A stretch of DNA of 64,000 nucleotides, taken from NCBI GenBank assembly GCA_004322135.1, contig SCSG01000020.1:192498-256497 (forward strand). Direction: 5' to 3'. The translations under genes and the position numbers were made by a program. Each line of letters opens with the position of its first letter. The first letter of the stretch is position 1. The stretch comes from Burkholderiaceae bacterium. Lineage in GTDB: Bacteria; Pseudomonadota; Gammaproteobacteria; Burkholderiales; Burkholderiaceae_B. The notes below the pieces were generated by a model. It was given only the letters and a program-made list of their open reading frames with translations. It did not search any database and had not been told where the DNA came from. Shown here one piece after another: positions 11,951 to 23,243 of the stretch.

Positions 11951-12858
11951 CAGAAACGGGTGTTGCGGGTTACCGACCAGCGCGCGGCCAGAGCTGCGAG
12001 GATGGCAACGACGATGACGGCCAGAGTCAGGCTAAGGGCATCGGGCAATTGCAGCGCCAGCTGTGTGCCATAGCTGCTGGCGAGCCGGGCCAGGGCCGAG
12101 TTAAGCGGTAAAAGCGCCAGGGCAGCCAGCGCGACGGAGGCCAATCCGGAAATAATTCCGGTAAGTGCTCCCAGGTACAGGAATGGCAGGCGCACGAAGG
12201 CCTCTGTGGCGCCGACCAGCCGCGCGACTGCGATTTCTTCACGCTGAGTGAGGGCCTGCAGGCGTACGGTATTGAACACCGTGGCAAGCACCACCAGTGC
12301 GACGACGGCCGCAAGCATGCCCAGGCCCACGCGCAGAAAGCTGAGGATGGCCTCAAGGCGCTGCACCCACGCGCTGTCGTGCTGCACCAGATCAACTTCG
12401 TTCCACTTTTGCCATTCGTGCACGAGCGCGCTGGCGCTATGGGTCAGATCGGCCTGCTGGTTCAACGTGACAACTACGGCGTCGGGCAGCGGATTGCCAG
12501 GGATGGCTGCCAAAGCCGTAGCCCAGCTGGGGTCTTTTTTAAGTTCGTTGTAGGCTTGATCGCGCGGCGTGATGCGCACGGACTGGATTTGCGTCGCGTA
12601 GTTGGCCTGGAGGCGTTTGACGATTTGCTGTGCCGTGCCGGTGGGTGCATCGGGTTTCAGGAACAGGGTGACTTCGGGTGAAACGGCGATTTGCCGCGCG
12701 ACCGGCTGGGCCGAAATGAGTATGGACGCTGCCAGAATCGGGATGGCAAGGGTCATCGAGATGACCAGCATGTTGGACAGCGAGGAAAACGGCTGGCTTG
12801 AAAGACGGCGCACAGCCATCATGAACGCGTAGTGATGATGCCTTAACCAGCGTTTCAT
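11950..12858 (-). CDS. ftsX: cell-division ABC transporter permease FtsX
   Basis: 302 aa with 4 TM helices and a large first periplasmic loop. 4-nt overlap with ftsE. Confidence 0.85.
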   Translation of the reverse strand: MKRWLRHHHYAFMMAVRRLSSQPFSSLSNMLVISMTLAIPILAASILISAQPVARQIAVSPEVTLFLKPDAPTGTAQQIVKRLQANYATQIQSVRITPRDQAYNELKKDPSWATALAAIPGNPLPDAVVVTLNQQADLTHSASALVHEWQKWNEVDLVQHDSAWVQRLEAILSFLRVGLGMLAAVVALVVLATVFNTVRLQALTQREEIAVARLVGATEAFVRLPFLYLGALTGIISGLASVALAALALLPLNSALARLASSYGTQLALQLPDALSLTLAVIVVAILAALAARWSVTRNTRF

Positions 12859-13526
12859 GCAAGCGCCCCTTTTATATCGGTGAAGCGGCCCGCGTCGATC
12901 AACAGCGTGCGGGTGGCGTACTGAGCCATGAGCGCACGGTCGTGCGAGGCGATAAGCGTGGTGACGCCGACCCGATTGAAATCGTGGAAGACTTCCATGA
13001 TGCGCTTTGCGGTTTCGTGGTCGAGGTTGGCGGTGGGCTCGTCGACAATGAGAATGGACGGCCGGTTGACGATGGCGCGGGCAATGGCCAGGCGCTGCTG
13101 CTCACCGCCCGACAGTTCAATGGGCTGCATGTCTTCTTTGCCCAGCAGACCCACTTTTTCCAGCGCTGCCCTGGAACGCGTTATGGCCAGGCTGTTTTCC
13201 AGGCCCGCCACGATAAGCGGTAGGGTGACGTTTTGCATGGCGTTGCGGTCGTACAGCAAGTGGGTGTCCTGCAGGATGACGCCGACCGCCCGTCGCAGGT
13301 AGGGGCGCGCACGCGGCGGCATCTGGTCGATGCGGCGGCCATTGACCGAGATGGCGCCCCGGCTGGCTGGTTCCAGGCCGCCAATGAGCTTGAGCAAGGT
13401 GGATTTGCCGGCACCCGATGGGCCAGATACGAACACGAACTCGCCCGGTTCGATACGAAAATTGATGTCGGCCAGAATATTCCTGCCGCGCCCGTAAGAC
13501 TTGAATACGTGCTGGAATTCGATCAT
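12855..13526 (-). CDS. ftsE: cell-division ABC transporter ATPase FtsE
   Basis: Walker A GPSGAGKST, signature LSGGEQQR and Walker B ILIVDEP. Start trimmed to MIEFQHVFKSY (13526). Confidence 0.92.
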   Translation of the reverse strand: MIEFQHVFKSYGRGRNILADINFRIEPGEFVFVSGPSGAGKSTLLKLIGGLEPASRGAISVNGRRIDQMPPRARPYLRRAVGVILQDTHLLYDRNAMQNVTLPLIVAGLENSLAITRSRAALEKVGLLGKEDMQPIELSGGEQQRLAIARAIVNRPSILIVDEPTANLDHETAKRIMEVFHDFNRVGVTTLIASHDRALMAQYATRTLLIDAGRFTDIKGALA

Positions 13527-13624
13527 GTTGGCTATGTTCAGGTAAGCGCTCAGTATAACTGCCCGCGAGTATGATAACGTGCGGCACAGCCGTTTTGAGC
13601 AGGCCTTTCGGCACATTTGTATTC

Positions 13625-14815
13625 ATGACGAAAAAAGCACCCATGTCCAGACCCGCGCGATCCGCGCGCAGCCGCCTATCCTGGCAGGAGCCGGGCGTGC
13701 GGGCGGTGGTTTTCCAGTGCCTGCTGCTTGCGGCGGTGGCAGGTGTGGCGTGGTTTCTGGTTTCGAATACGCTGGCCAACCTGGCGTCGCGCAACATCAC
13801 CACCGGCTTTGGCTTTCTGCACCAGGAGGCGGGTTTTGCCATCGGTGAATCGCTGATTCCGTACACGTCGGCCGATACCTACGGTCGTGCGATCATCGTG
13901 GGGCTGATCAACACCCTGCACGTTTCCATTGTATGTATCGTCGCGGCCACTGTTTTTGGTACGTTGCTCGGCGTTGCGCGTCTGTCGCGCAATTGGCTCA
14001 TTTCGCGTCTGGCGGGTGGCTATGTCGAGATCATGCGCAACATCCCGCTGCTGCTGCATCTGTTTTTCTGGTATGCGATCATTACGGAGAACCTGCCGGG
14101 CCCGCGCCAGGCGTTGCATCCGCTTGCGGGGGTTTTTCTTTCCAATCGCGGGTTGAAGCTGCCTGGCCTGCAAGGGGGTGCGCTGGACTGGACCGTCGGC
14201 GGGTTTGCCCTGGCTGTGGTGTTGGCGCTGTTGCTGGCCCACTGGGCGCGCGCACATCGGCGTGCGCGAGGCTGGTTTTCGGCCGGGCGTCTGGCGTGCG
14301 TGTTGTTGGTGGCGTTGCCGTTGGCGGGGTGGGTGCTTGGCGGCGCCAGCGTAACGCTTGACCTGCCGCATTTGCGCGGCTTCAACTTTCAGGGTGGCAT
14401 TACCATCACTCCCGAGTTTGCGGCGTTGAGCATCGGGCTTGTGGTGTACACCACGGCGTTTGTGGCCGAGGTGGTGCGCTCGGGCATACAGTCTGTTGGT
14501 CGCGGTCAGTGGGAAGCTGCTCAGGCTCTGGGACTGTCCCGTTCGCGTACGCTGCGCCTGGTCATTCTGCCGCAAGCGCTGCGTGTGGTCGTGCCTCCCA
14601 TGACCAGTCAGTTTCTCAACGTCACCAAGAACAGTTCCCTGGCCATCGCAGTGGGCTATCCGGACATCGTGTCGGTGGTCAACACCACGCTGAATCAGAC
14701 CGGCCAGGCGCTGGAGGGCATCCTGATCATCATGGCCGCGTATCTGGCGGTAAGCCTGCTGATAGCACTGTTCATGAACTGGTATAACCGGCGCCTTGCG
14801 CTCATGGAGCGCTGA
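13625..14815 (+). CDS. amino-acid ABC transporter permease, long AapQ/BztB-like type
   Basis: About 396 aa with a polar-amino-acid permease core (EAAQALGLSRSRTLRLVILPQALR). Size and three-gene layout resemble general L-amino-acid permease AapQMP. Start taken as the ATG at 13625. Confidence 0.8.
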   Translation: MTKKAPMSRPARSARSRLSWQEPGVRAVVFQCLLLAAVAGVAWFLVSNTLANLASRNITTGFGFLHQEAGFAIGESLIPYTSADTYGRAIIVGLINTLHVSIVCIVAATVFGTLLGVARLSRNWLISRLAGGYVEIMRNIPLLLHLFFWYAIITENLPGPRQALHPLAGVFLSNRGLKLPGLQGGALDWTVGGFALAVVLALLLAHWARAHRRARGWFSAGRLACVLLVALPLAGWVLGGASVTLDLPHLRGFNFQGGITITPEFAALSIGLVVYTTAFVAEVVRSGIQSVGRGQWEAAQALGLSRSRTLRLVILPQALRVVVPPMTSQFLNVTKNSSLAIAVGYPDIVSVVNTTLNQTGQALEGILIIMAAYLAVSLLIALFMNWYNRRLALMER

Positions 14816-14816
14816 G

Positions 14817-15899
14817 GTGGCGTCGCACGTTCTTCACGCAGATCGAGGCGCAATACATGCCGCGCTGGACTGGTGCCGGACAAGGCTGTTCTCGTCGCCC
14901 GCCAATGTTTTGCTTACCGTGTTGGCCGTGTGGCTGTTGCTCATGCTGGTGCCGGCTGCGGTTGACTGGCTGCTTCTGCGCCCTGACTTTGGTGCGACAA
15001 CACCCCAGGCGTGCCAGGCATCGGGTGGCGCCTGCTGGGCGTTCATCGCGGCCAGGCACCGCCTTATCCTGTTTGGCCTGTATCCCTACGAAGAGCAATG
15101 GCGCCCTTTGGCCGTTACCGCCATTTTGATTGCCGTCATTGCGTGCAGCGGCATGCGGCGATTCTGGCGGCCATGGCTCGCCTGGCTCTGGGTTGGTTGC
15201 CTGGCATGTGTTGCCTTGCTTATGTGGGGCGGCGTTCTTGGCCTGAGCTATGTCGAGGACAGCCGTTGGGGGGGGCTGCCGCTTACGCTCATGCTGGCGA
15301 CGTTCGGTATTGCCTTCGCGTTTCCGCTGGGCGTCCTGCTGGCTCTGGGCCGGCGCTCCGACATGCCGGTGATCAAGGCGTTCAGTGTCATTTATATTGA
15401 GTTGATTCGCGGCGTTCCGCTCATAAGCCTGCTTTTTATGTCGTCGGTCATGCTGCCCTTGTTTTTGCCCGAGGGCCTGTCCATAGACAAATTGCTGCGC
15501 GCCCAGATCGCCATCATTCTCTTTGCGGCCGCCTATGTGGCCGAAACGGTGCGTGGCGGTATGCAGGCCATTCCTCGAGGGCAGTACGAAGGGGCGATGT
15601 CTCTGGGCCTGAGTTATTGGCAACGGATGCGTAAGGTCATTTTGCCGCAGGCCCTCAAGGTGGTTGTGGCGCCACTGGCCAGTATTTTTATTTCACTCTT
15701 CAAGGACACGTCCCTGGTTGTGGTGATAGGTATTTTTGACTTGACCCAGGCCGCCAAGGCCGCGGTGGCAGGCGCCGATTGGCATGGTTTCAGCATAGAG
15801 GCCTATTTATTCATTGCCTGTATTTATTTTGTGTTCTGCTATGCCATTTCCCGTTACAGCCAGCGTCTGGAAAAGCAGTTGGAGCACGATGCATCGTGA
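14817..15899 (+). CDS. amino-acid ABC transporter permease, AapM/BztC-like
   Basis: EGAMSLGLSYWQRMRKVILPQALK permease motif. GTG at 14817 with GGAG 7 nt upstream is preferred; the TTG at 14796 is the alternative. Confidence 0.78.
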   Translation: MASHVLHADRGAIHAALDWCRTRLFSSPANVLLTVLAVWLLLMLVPAAVDWLLLRPDFGATTPQACQASGGACWAFIAARHRLILFGLYPYEEQWRPLAVTAILIAVIACSGMRRFWRPWLAWLWVGCLACVALLMWGGVLGLSYVEDSRWGGLPLTLMLATFGIAFAFPLGVLLALGRRSDMPVIKAFSVIYIELIRGVPLISLLFMSSVMLPLFLPEGLSIDKLLRAQIAIILFAAAYVAETVRGGMQAIPRGQYEGAMSLGLSYWQRMRKVILPQALKVVVAPLASIFISLFKDTSLVVVIGIFDLTQAAKAAVAGADWHGFSIEAYLFIACIYFVFCYAISRYSQRLEKQLEHDAS

Positions 15900-15995
15900 T
15901 CAATCTGCGCAGAAGGTCAGTGCCCCGTCTGGCTGCACGTTGTGATCGAATGGAATGCGCGGAGTTTGTGAAAACATTATGAGGGGACTCGGAAT

Positions 15996-16736
<741 letters not shown>

Positions 16737-16833
16737 CGAATTGAAATGTAACAACACAAGCGGGTGTGGTCTTGTTAGGATAATAGGGACGGGTGCAAGC
16801 TCGTAAATGCAAACTCCAGGAGGATCAAGAAAA

Positions 16834-17511
16834 ATGAGTACAACAATTATGCGGGTAAACAGGCTGGTTGCCTGTCTGGGGGCGGTGGCGCTTATTGCCG
16901 GCTGCGCCAGCATCCAGGACACCATGGGTGGCATGAGCAAGGGGGGTGGTACTGCCGTGGGCGCTGGTACGGGCGCGGCGATTGGTGCCGGTTTGGGTGC
17001 GATCATTGGCAATAGCGGGTCGGCGGCACTTATCGGTGCGGGCATTGGTGCGGTTGCGGGCGGCATTGTCGGGTACAACTGGTCGGGTGTCAAGAAGGAC
17101 GTGCAGCAATCCGGCGCATCGCGTCTGGGCATCGACGTTACCGAAATGCCCGATGGCACTTTGAAGGTGAACATTCCCAGCAATGTTTCCTTCGACACAA
17201 ATCAATATGCGCTCAAACCTGCGCTGTTGCCGGTTCTGGACAGTGTCGCGCGTGCGTTGTCACAGCATCCCGAACTGCGCGCAAAGGCCATCGGTTATAC
17301 CGACAGTACCGGCTCTTCGGCGTTCAATCAAACGCTCTCGGTCAATCGTGCGCGCAGCGTCACCACGTACCTGAGCCAGCATGGTGTGGCACCATCACGC
17401 CTCATGAGCGAAGGGCGCGGAGCGGCTGATCCCATAGCTGATAATGGGACGGTCCAAGGTCGTGCAATGAACCGGCGGGTCGAATTGTTCCTGTACGCCG
17501 TCAAGCAGTAA
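16834..17511 (+). CDS. OmpA-family lipoprotein with glycine-zipper region (YiaD-like)
   Basis: Lipobox LIAGC, a Gly-zipper [20 protein letters not shown] and an OmpA C-terminal peptidoglycan-binding motif (TDSTGS...NQTLSVNRA...NRRVEL). AGGAGG lies 10 nt upstream of the ATG at 16834. Confidence 0.85.
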   Translation: MSTTIMRVNRLVACLGAVALIAGCASIQDTMGGMSKGGGTAVGAGTGAAIGAGLGAIIGNSGSAALIGAGIGAVAGGIVGYNWSGVKKDVQQSGASRLGIDVTEMPDGTLKVNIPSNVSFDTNQYALKPALLPVLDSVARALSQHPELRAKAIGYTDSTGSSAFNQTLSVNRARSVTTYLSQHGVAPSRLMSEGRGAADPIADNGTVQGRAMNRRVELFLYAVKQ

Positions 17512-17636
17512 TTCGGATGTGGGTCCGGCGCGCAAGGGTTGATGCGCCGGGCCTTGCCGCGTTGCGGGTCCGGCGGGGCCATAGCCGGGCCGCAGGTGCG
17601 CGGTCTTTGCCCGGCGTGGCCAAAAAGCCCTCTTAT

Positions 17637-18839
17637 TTATTCCAGGTCGATGCTCAGCGGCGGCTCAGCGTCGTTGGCTGTGGCTCCCGCCGTTGCAGCG
17701 CGCCGCATGAAGACCATGTTGTCGCGGTGCATGAGCTCCTGGTCGGACATGCTGCCCAGGATTTCGGCTATGCGGTTGCTGGGCTGACGCATGATGCGTC
17801 GTGTGTCGCTGGCCGAATAGTTGATCAGGCCGCGGCCGCATTCCACACCGTGCTGATCGACGCAGGCAACGACGTCGCCGCGGTCGAAGTCGCCATCGAC
17901 GGCAACGACACCGATAGCCAGCAGACTTTTATGGCCTTGGGTCAGCGCGTTGATGGCGCCGTCGTCCAGTGTGATGCGGCCGTGCAGACGCAGGTGGTTG
18001 GCCAGCCAGCGCTTGCGGGCAGAACGCACGGGCACCAGGGCACGCAGCTCCGTGCCGACGCGCTCGCCCGCAGCAAGGCGCAGCAGCACGTTGGGTTCGT
18101 GCCCCGAAGCAATAATGGTGTTGCCACCGCTGTTGGCAGCACGCCGTGCCGCCAACACTTTGGTCAGCATGCCGCCAGTGCCGATTGCGCTGCCCGCGCC
18201 GCCCGCCATGGTTTCCAGTTCCGGGTCGCTTGAACGGGCGATGGCGATGAATCTAGCCTCAGGATTTTTGCGTGGGTCCGCGCTGTACAGCCCAGCCTGG
18301 TCGGTGAGGATGATGAGCGAATTGGCCTCGATAAGGTTGGTGACAAGCGCCCCCAGGGTGTCGTTGTCTCCAAGCCGTATTTCGTCGGTGACCACGGTGT
18401 CGTTTTCGTTGACGATGGGTACGACGCCAAGCGAAAGCAAGGTGTAGATAGTGCTGCGGGCATTGAGGTAGCGCTTGCGGTCGGCCAGGTCTTCGTGCGT
18501 GAGCAGGATTTGCGCCGTACGTATGTCATGCCGGTCGAATGCCGTTTCGTAGGCTTGTACGATGCCCATCTGCCCCACGGCAGCAGCGGCCTGCAGCTCG
18601 TGCATGGTGTGGGGCCGTGTGGTCCATCCCAGGCGGGCCATGCCTTGTGCGATGGCGCCGCTGGAAACCAGCACGATTTGCCGGCCTTGCGCGTGCAGTA
18701 CCGCAATTTGTTCGGCCCATCGTTCTACGGCGGCTATGTCCACGCCGCGCCCGTCGTTGGTGACCAGTGACGAGCCAACCTTGATGACCAGGCGTCGGGC
18801 CTTGGCTACGACCGATTTGGCGGTGGTGTCGAAAGACAT
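17637..18839 (-). CDS. proB: glutamate 5-kinase
   Basis: [13 protein letters not shown], an amino-acid kinase fold and a PUA domain. Start trimmed to MSFDTT (18839). Downstream of obg, as in many proteobacteria. Confidence 0.92.
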   Translation of the reverse strand: MSFDTTAKSVVAKARRLVIKVGSSLVTNDGRGVDIAAVERWAEQIAVLHAQGRQIVLVSSGAIAQGMARLGWTTRPHTMHELQAAAAVGQMGIVQAYETAFDRHDIRTAQILLTHEDLADRKRYLNARSTIYTLLSLGVVPIVNENDTVVTDEIRLGDNDTLGALVTNLIEANSLIILTDQAGLYSADPRKNPEARFIAIARSSDPELETMAGGAGSAIGTGGMLTKVLAARRAANSGGNTIIASGHEPNVLLRLAAGERVGTELRALVPVRSARKRWLANHLRLHGRITLDDGAINALTQGHKSLLAIGVVAVDGDFDRGDVVACVDQHGVECGRGLINYSASDTRRIMRQPSNRIAEILGSMSDQELMHRDNMVFMRRAATAGATANDAEPPLSIDLE

Positions 18840-18894
18840 AAATACAGTCTGAAGAAAAGGGAAAAAGTGTTTGCGGATGTCGGTGGCAACAAAC

Positions 18895-20079
<1,185 letters not shown>

Positions 20080-20081
20080 CT

Positions 20082-20119
20082 AAAACAAAAAACCCCGCCG
20101 CTGGAAAGGTGGGGGGGTT
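20082..20119 (-). terminator. GC-rich imperfect hairpin followed by T6GT4 (minus strand) between rpmA and obg
   Basis: Minus strand reads CCCCCCACC-TTTCCAGC-GGCGGGG-TTTTTTGTTTT. The stem has one mismatch. Confidence 0.45.
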
Positions 20120-20195
20120 GTTCGGCTGTCGCGCCGCGGCGTGTCTGGTGTCCGCGGGCAGAAAATCGTTCGGCCGTTGCCGGCTTGATCTGCAG

Positions 20196-20228
20196 CCCAA
20201 AAAGGGTAGAGCGTGAGCCCGACCCTTT
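20196..20228 (-). terminator. hairpin with T-run 5 nt after the rpmA stop
   Basis: Minus strand reads AAAGGGT-(14 nt)-ACCCTTTTTGGG, a 7-bp stem running into a T5 tract. Confidence 0.4.
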
Positions 20229-20233
20229 GCAGG

Positions 20234-20497
20234 CTATTCTTCGGCCGCGATCACCGACACGGTTCGCTTATTGAGCGCGCCGCGCACGGCGAACTTGACC
20301 GTACCGTTTACCAATGAGAACAGGGTGTGGTCCTTGCCGATGCCGACATTCGTGCCTGGGTGAAACTGCGTACCACGCTGGCGAACGATGATGGAGCCTG
20401 CGTTGATGGCCTGGCCACCGTAGATTTTCACACCAAGCCGCTTTGATTCCGAGTCGCGGCCGTTATGCGTAGAGCCGCCGCCTTTTTTATGTGCCAT
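20234..20497 (-). CDS. rpmA: 50S ribosomal protein L27
   Basis: [24 protein letters not shown], 87 aa. Confidence 0.97.
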   Translation of the reverse strand: MAHKKGGGSTHNGRDSESKRLGVKIYGGQAINAGSIIVRQRGTQFHPGTNVGIGKDHTLFSLVNGTVKFAVRGALNKRTVSVIAAEE

Positions 20498-20532
20498 GTT
20501 TAGCTCCTGCTATGCAAACAGTTGATTCACAA

Positions 20533-20844
20533 TTAAACCGTGACCGCTTCGATGCGAAGCTCGGTGTAGTGCTGACGATGGCCCTGGCGCTTTTGGTAAT
20601 GCTTGCGACGGCGCATCTTGAAGATCTTCACCTTGTCATGCCGGCCTTGCGCAAGAACTGTTGCCTTGACCGAAGCGCCTGCTACCAAAGGTGTGCCAAT
20701 TTTCAACTGGTCACCTTCGCCAACCGACAAAACCTGGTCTAGCGTGATTTCTTGCCCAATGTCTGCCGGTATCTGTTCTACTTTAAGTTTTTGTCCGGCG
20801 GCAACTCGATACTGCTTGCCGCCAGTTTTTATGACCGCGTACAT
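20533..20844 (-). CDS. rplU: 50S ribosomal protein L21
   Basis: [14 protein letters not shown], 103 aa. Start trimmed from 20874. Confidence 0.97.
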   Translation of the reverse strand: MYAVIKTGGKQYRVAAGQKLKVEQIPADIGQEITLDQVLSVGEGDQLKIGTPLVAGASVKATVLAQGRHDKVKIFKMRRRKHYQKRQGHRQHYTELRIEAVTV

Positions 20845-20889
20845 GTGGGTAACCTCTAGGTTCATTCTTGGCAAAATGCCAAGCTTGCT

Positions 20890-20919
20890 ATCTTAACGTG
20901 ATTTTATGTGTTAAGTCAA
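20890..20919 (-). promoter_or_regulatory. candidate sigma70 promoter of rplU-rpmA
   Basis: Minus strand reads TTGACT-(18 nt)-TAAGAT, with the -10 box about 46 nt upstream of the rplU ATG. Confidence 0.5.
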
Positions 20920-21044
20920 AAGCATACGTCATTACACAGTCTATAAAATGACGGTGCAGCATGGGGGGCCCGGGGCGGGCATCCTCGCCTGGTCGCGGCG
21001 AGGCACCAGCCATCGGGCTAGGGGAAACCCTATTGACGATGGAC

Positions 21045-21097
21045 TTGACCTGTGTCAATCTACTTTGTAAAGATGCTAATTTACTTAGCTAATTTAG
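21045..21097 (+). promoter_or_regulatory. candidate promoter and operator of the first MarR gene
   Basis: TTGACC (21045-21050)-17 nt-TAAAGA (21068-21073). The -35 box lies in the inverted repeat TTGACctgtGTCAA. Downstream are two 9-bp direct repeats GCTAATTTA (21075, 21088), the second containing the perfect 8-bp palindrome TTAGCTAA (21085-21092). Confidence 0.35.
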
Positions 21098-21104
21098 TGA
21101 ATTT

Positions 21105-21689
21105 ATGCTTACCAAATACAGCTCCAAAGGGATGACGCCCGCTGACGAGATCCCTCTTACCGTATCGAACCAAGACTTCCTTCATGGCGGAAACGACGAC
21201 GATTTTCGTCGGCTGGTGCATAGCCTGCTCTCGTTCTCCGCCAGGCTTCAGGAAGTGCGCAACACGTTTGGCGTCTATCTGGGATTAAGCGGTACGCAAT
21301 ACACCATACTCACGTCAATTGCTCACTTGGGCTGCGCGAAGGGCGTCGGGGTAATACAGGTGGCCAACCATCTTGGACTAAGCGCGGCATTCATCACGGC
21401 CGAAGCCAAAAAGCTCGAACAGTCCGGACTCATCGAAAAGCACGCCAATCTTTCAGACCGGCGGCGCGTACTCATGAAAGTGACGAGCGAAGGTATCAGT
21501 CAGCTGGCTTCGCTCGCACCCATTCAGCGGCCCACCAACGATGCGCTGTTCAAGGCGCTGACCAACGAAGATTTTGACCATCTGCTGCGATTGTGCGACG
21601 GCCTGATGGCCGGGGCCAAAGAGGCCGAATCATTGGTCAAGCACTTGGTGCTGGCGCAGCAGAAAGTGGCGCAGCACGAACCTGACTGA
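21105..21689 (+). CDS. MarR family transcriptional regulator
   Basis: 194 aa with a winged-HTH core (LSGTQYTILTSIAHL...VANHLGLSAAFITAEAKKLEQSGLIEKHANLSDRRRVLMKVT). Confidence 0.82.
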   Translation: MLTKYSSKGMTPADEIPLTVSNQDFLHGGNDDDFRRLVHSLLSFSARLQEVRNTFGVYLGLSGTQYTILTSIAHLGCAKGVGVIQVANHLGLSAAFITAEAKKLEQSGLIEKHANLSDRRRVLMKVTSEGISQLASLAPIQRPTNDALFKALTNEDFDHLLRLCDGLMAGAKEAESLVKHLVLAQQKVAQHEPD

Positions 21690-21746
21690 CACTAAACCGC
21701 TACCCCCGCACCGCCGGGATACACAACATTTTTGAGGATATACATC

Positions 21747-23219
21747 ATGATCAGAAACGCGGCACAATATGTGGCTTCGTTGCGTGACAACCGTTCCATC
21801 TACCTGGATGGCAAGATTGTCGGCGACACGACTACGCACCGGGCGTTTCGCCGTACCGTTGCTTCGGCGGCGAAATTCTACGATTACCAGAGCGATCCCG
21901 CCAACCAGGACCGCATGACGTTTCGCACGCCAGACACGGGCGAGATCGCCAACCGTATTTGGGAATTGCCCAAATCCTACGAACAACTGGTGCAACGTCG
22001 CAAGGCGCTGGAAGAATGGATCTCCCTGAACGCGGGCTACATTGGCCGTGGTCCGGGCCACGTGGCATCATGCATCTCGGGAATGGCCATGGGCCTGGAC
22101 GTTTTCAAGGAATACGATCCGAAGCGCGCTGACGCGGTCATGAATTATTACCAATACGCCCGCGACAACGATCTTTACCTGACCTACGTCATCATCAACC
22201 CCCAGGCGGACCGTTCCAAGGCCGCATCCGAGCAGGAAAACGAGTTCCTCACTGCAGGCGTAGTGGACCAGGACAGCAGCGGCATCACGGTGCGCGGCGC
22301 CAAAATGCTCGCGAGCGCCGGCATTCTTGCCAACGAAGTTTTCGTCACGTGCATCCAGCCCTTGCGACCGGGCGACGAGCGCTACGCGATTTCCTTCGTT
22401 ATTCCGCTGAATGCGAAGGGTGTGAAAATGCTTTCGCGCAAGTCTTATGAAGAGCACGCGCCCGACGTTTTCGACAATCCGCTTGCCAGCCGCTTCGACG
22501 AAAATGACGCAATCATTTACTTCGACGATGTAAAGGTGCCCTGGGACCGGGTGTTCGTCAATCAGAATATCGAGATGTGCCAGAAGCAGTTTCATGCGAC
22601 ACCGGCTCACGTTTATCAAAACTACCAGGCGCAGATCCGGCTGTCCGTGAAGATGCGCTTTCTCATCGGCCTGGCGCGACGCATTGCCGATACGAACGGC
22701 GTGACAGGGTTCCCTCAGGTGCGCGAGATTCTTGGCAACCTGGCTGCTCAAGGTGCCATGGTCGATGCATTGCTTACGGCCATGGAGGTCAAGGGGTCCA
22801 AGCATGGCGAGTACTTCGTGCCCGATCGCCACACGCTATATGCGGCGCAGGTGCTCACGCAGCAGCTGTACCCGCAAGTAACCCTCACGCTGCGCGAACT
22901 GGCGGGAGGCGGCCTGATTGCCTTGCCGTCGTCAGTGGAAGATTTCCGCAACCCCGAGACGCGCAAGCTCATTGAAAAAACGCAGCAATCTCCAACCTGC
23001 AATTCGCTCGAGCGTGTGAAGCTGTTCCGGTTGGCCTGGGACGCCGTCGGGTCGGAATTCGCTTCGCGCCACCTGCAGTACGAAATGTTCTACGCGGGCG
23101 CGCTGTTCGTCACGAAGAATCATTCGTTCGCAACCTATGACTGGGCCCGGAGTGCCGCGGCGGTGGACAATATGCTCAAGAGCTACTCGCTGGAAGGGGC
23201 TACTGGCCAGGCTTCGTAG
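21747..23219 (+). CDS. HpaB-family two-component flavin-dependent aromatic monooxygenase, oxygenase component
   Basis: 490 aa with a 4-hydroxyphenylacetate 3-monooxygenase-like pattern (YVASLRDNRSIYLDGKIV...HRAF; SRFDENDAIIYFDDVKVPWDRVF; EMFYAG). GAGGA lies 8 nt upstream of the ATG at 21747. Confidence 0.85.
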   Translation: MIRNAAQYVASLRDNRSIYLDGKIVGDTTTHRAFRRTVASAAKFYDYQSDPANQDRMTFRTPDTGEIANRIWELPKSYEQLVQRRKALEEWISLNAGYIGRGPGHVASCISGMAMGLDVFKEYDPKRADAVMNYYQYARDNDLYLTYVIINPQADRSKAASEQENEFLTAGVVDQDSSGITVRGAKMLASAGILANEVFVTCIQPLRPGDERYAISFVIPLNAKGVKMLSRKSYEEHAPDVFDNPLASRFDENDAIIYFDDVKVPWDRVFVNQNIEMCQKQFHATPAHVYQNYQAQIRLSVKMRFLIGLARRIADTNGVTGFPQVREILGNLAAQGAMVDALLTAMEVKGSKHGEYFVPDRHTLYAAQVLTQQLYPQVTLTLRELAGGGLIALPSSVEDFRNPETRKLIEKTQQSPTCNSLERVKLFRLAWDAVGSEFASRHLQYEMFYAGALFVTKNHSFATYDWARSAAAVDNMLKSYSLEGATGQAS

Positions 23220-23243
23220 GTTACGGTTACCGAAAGGATAAAG

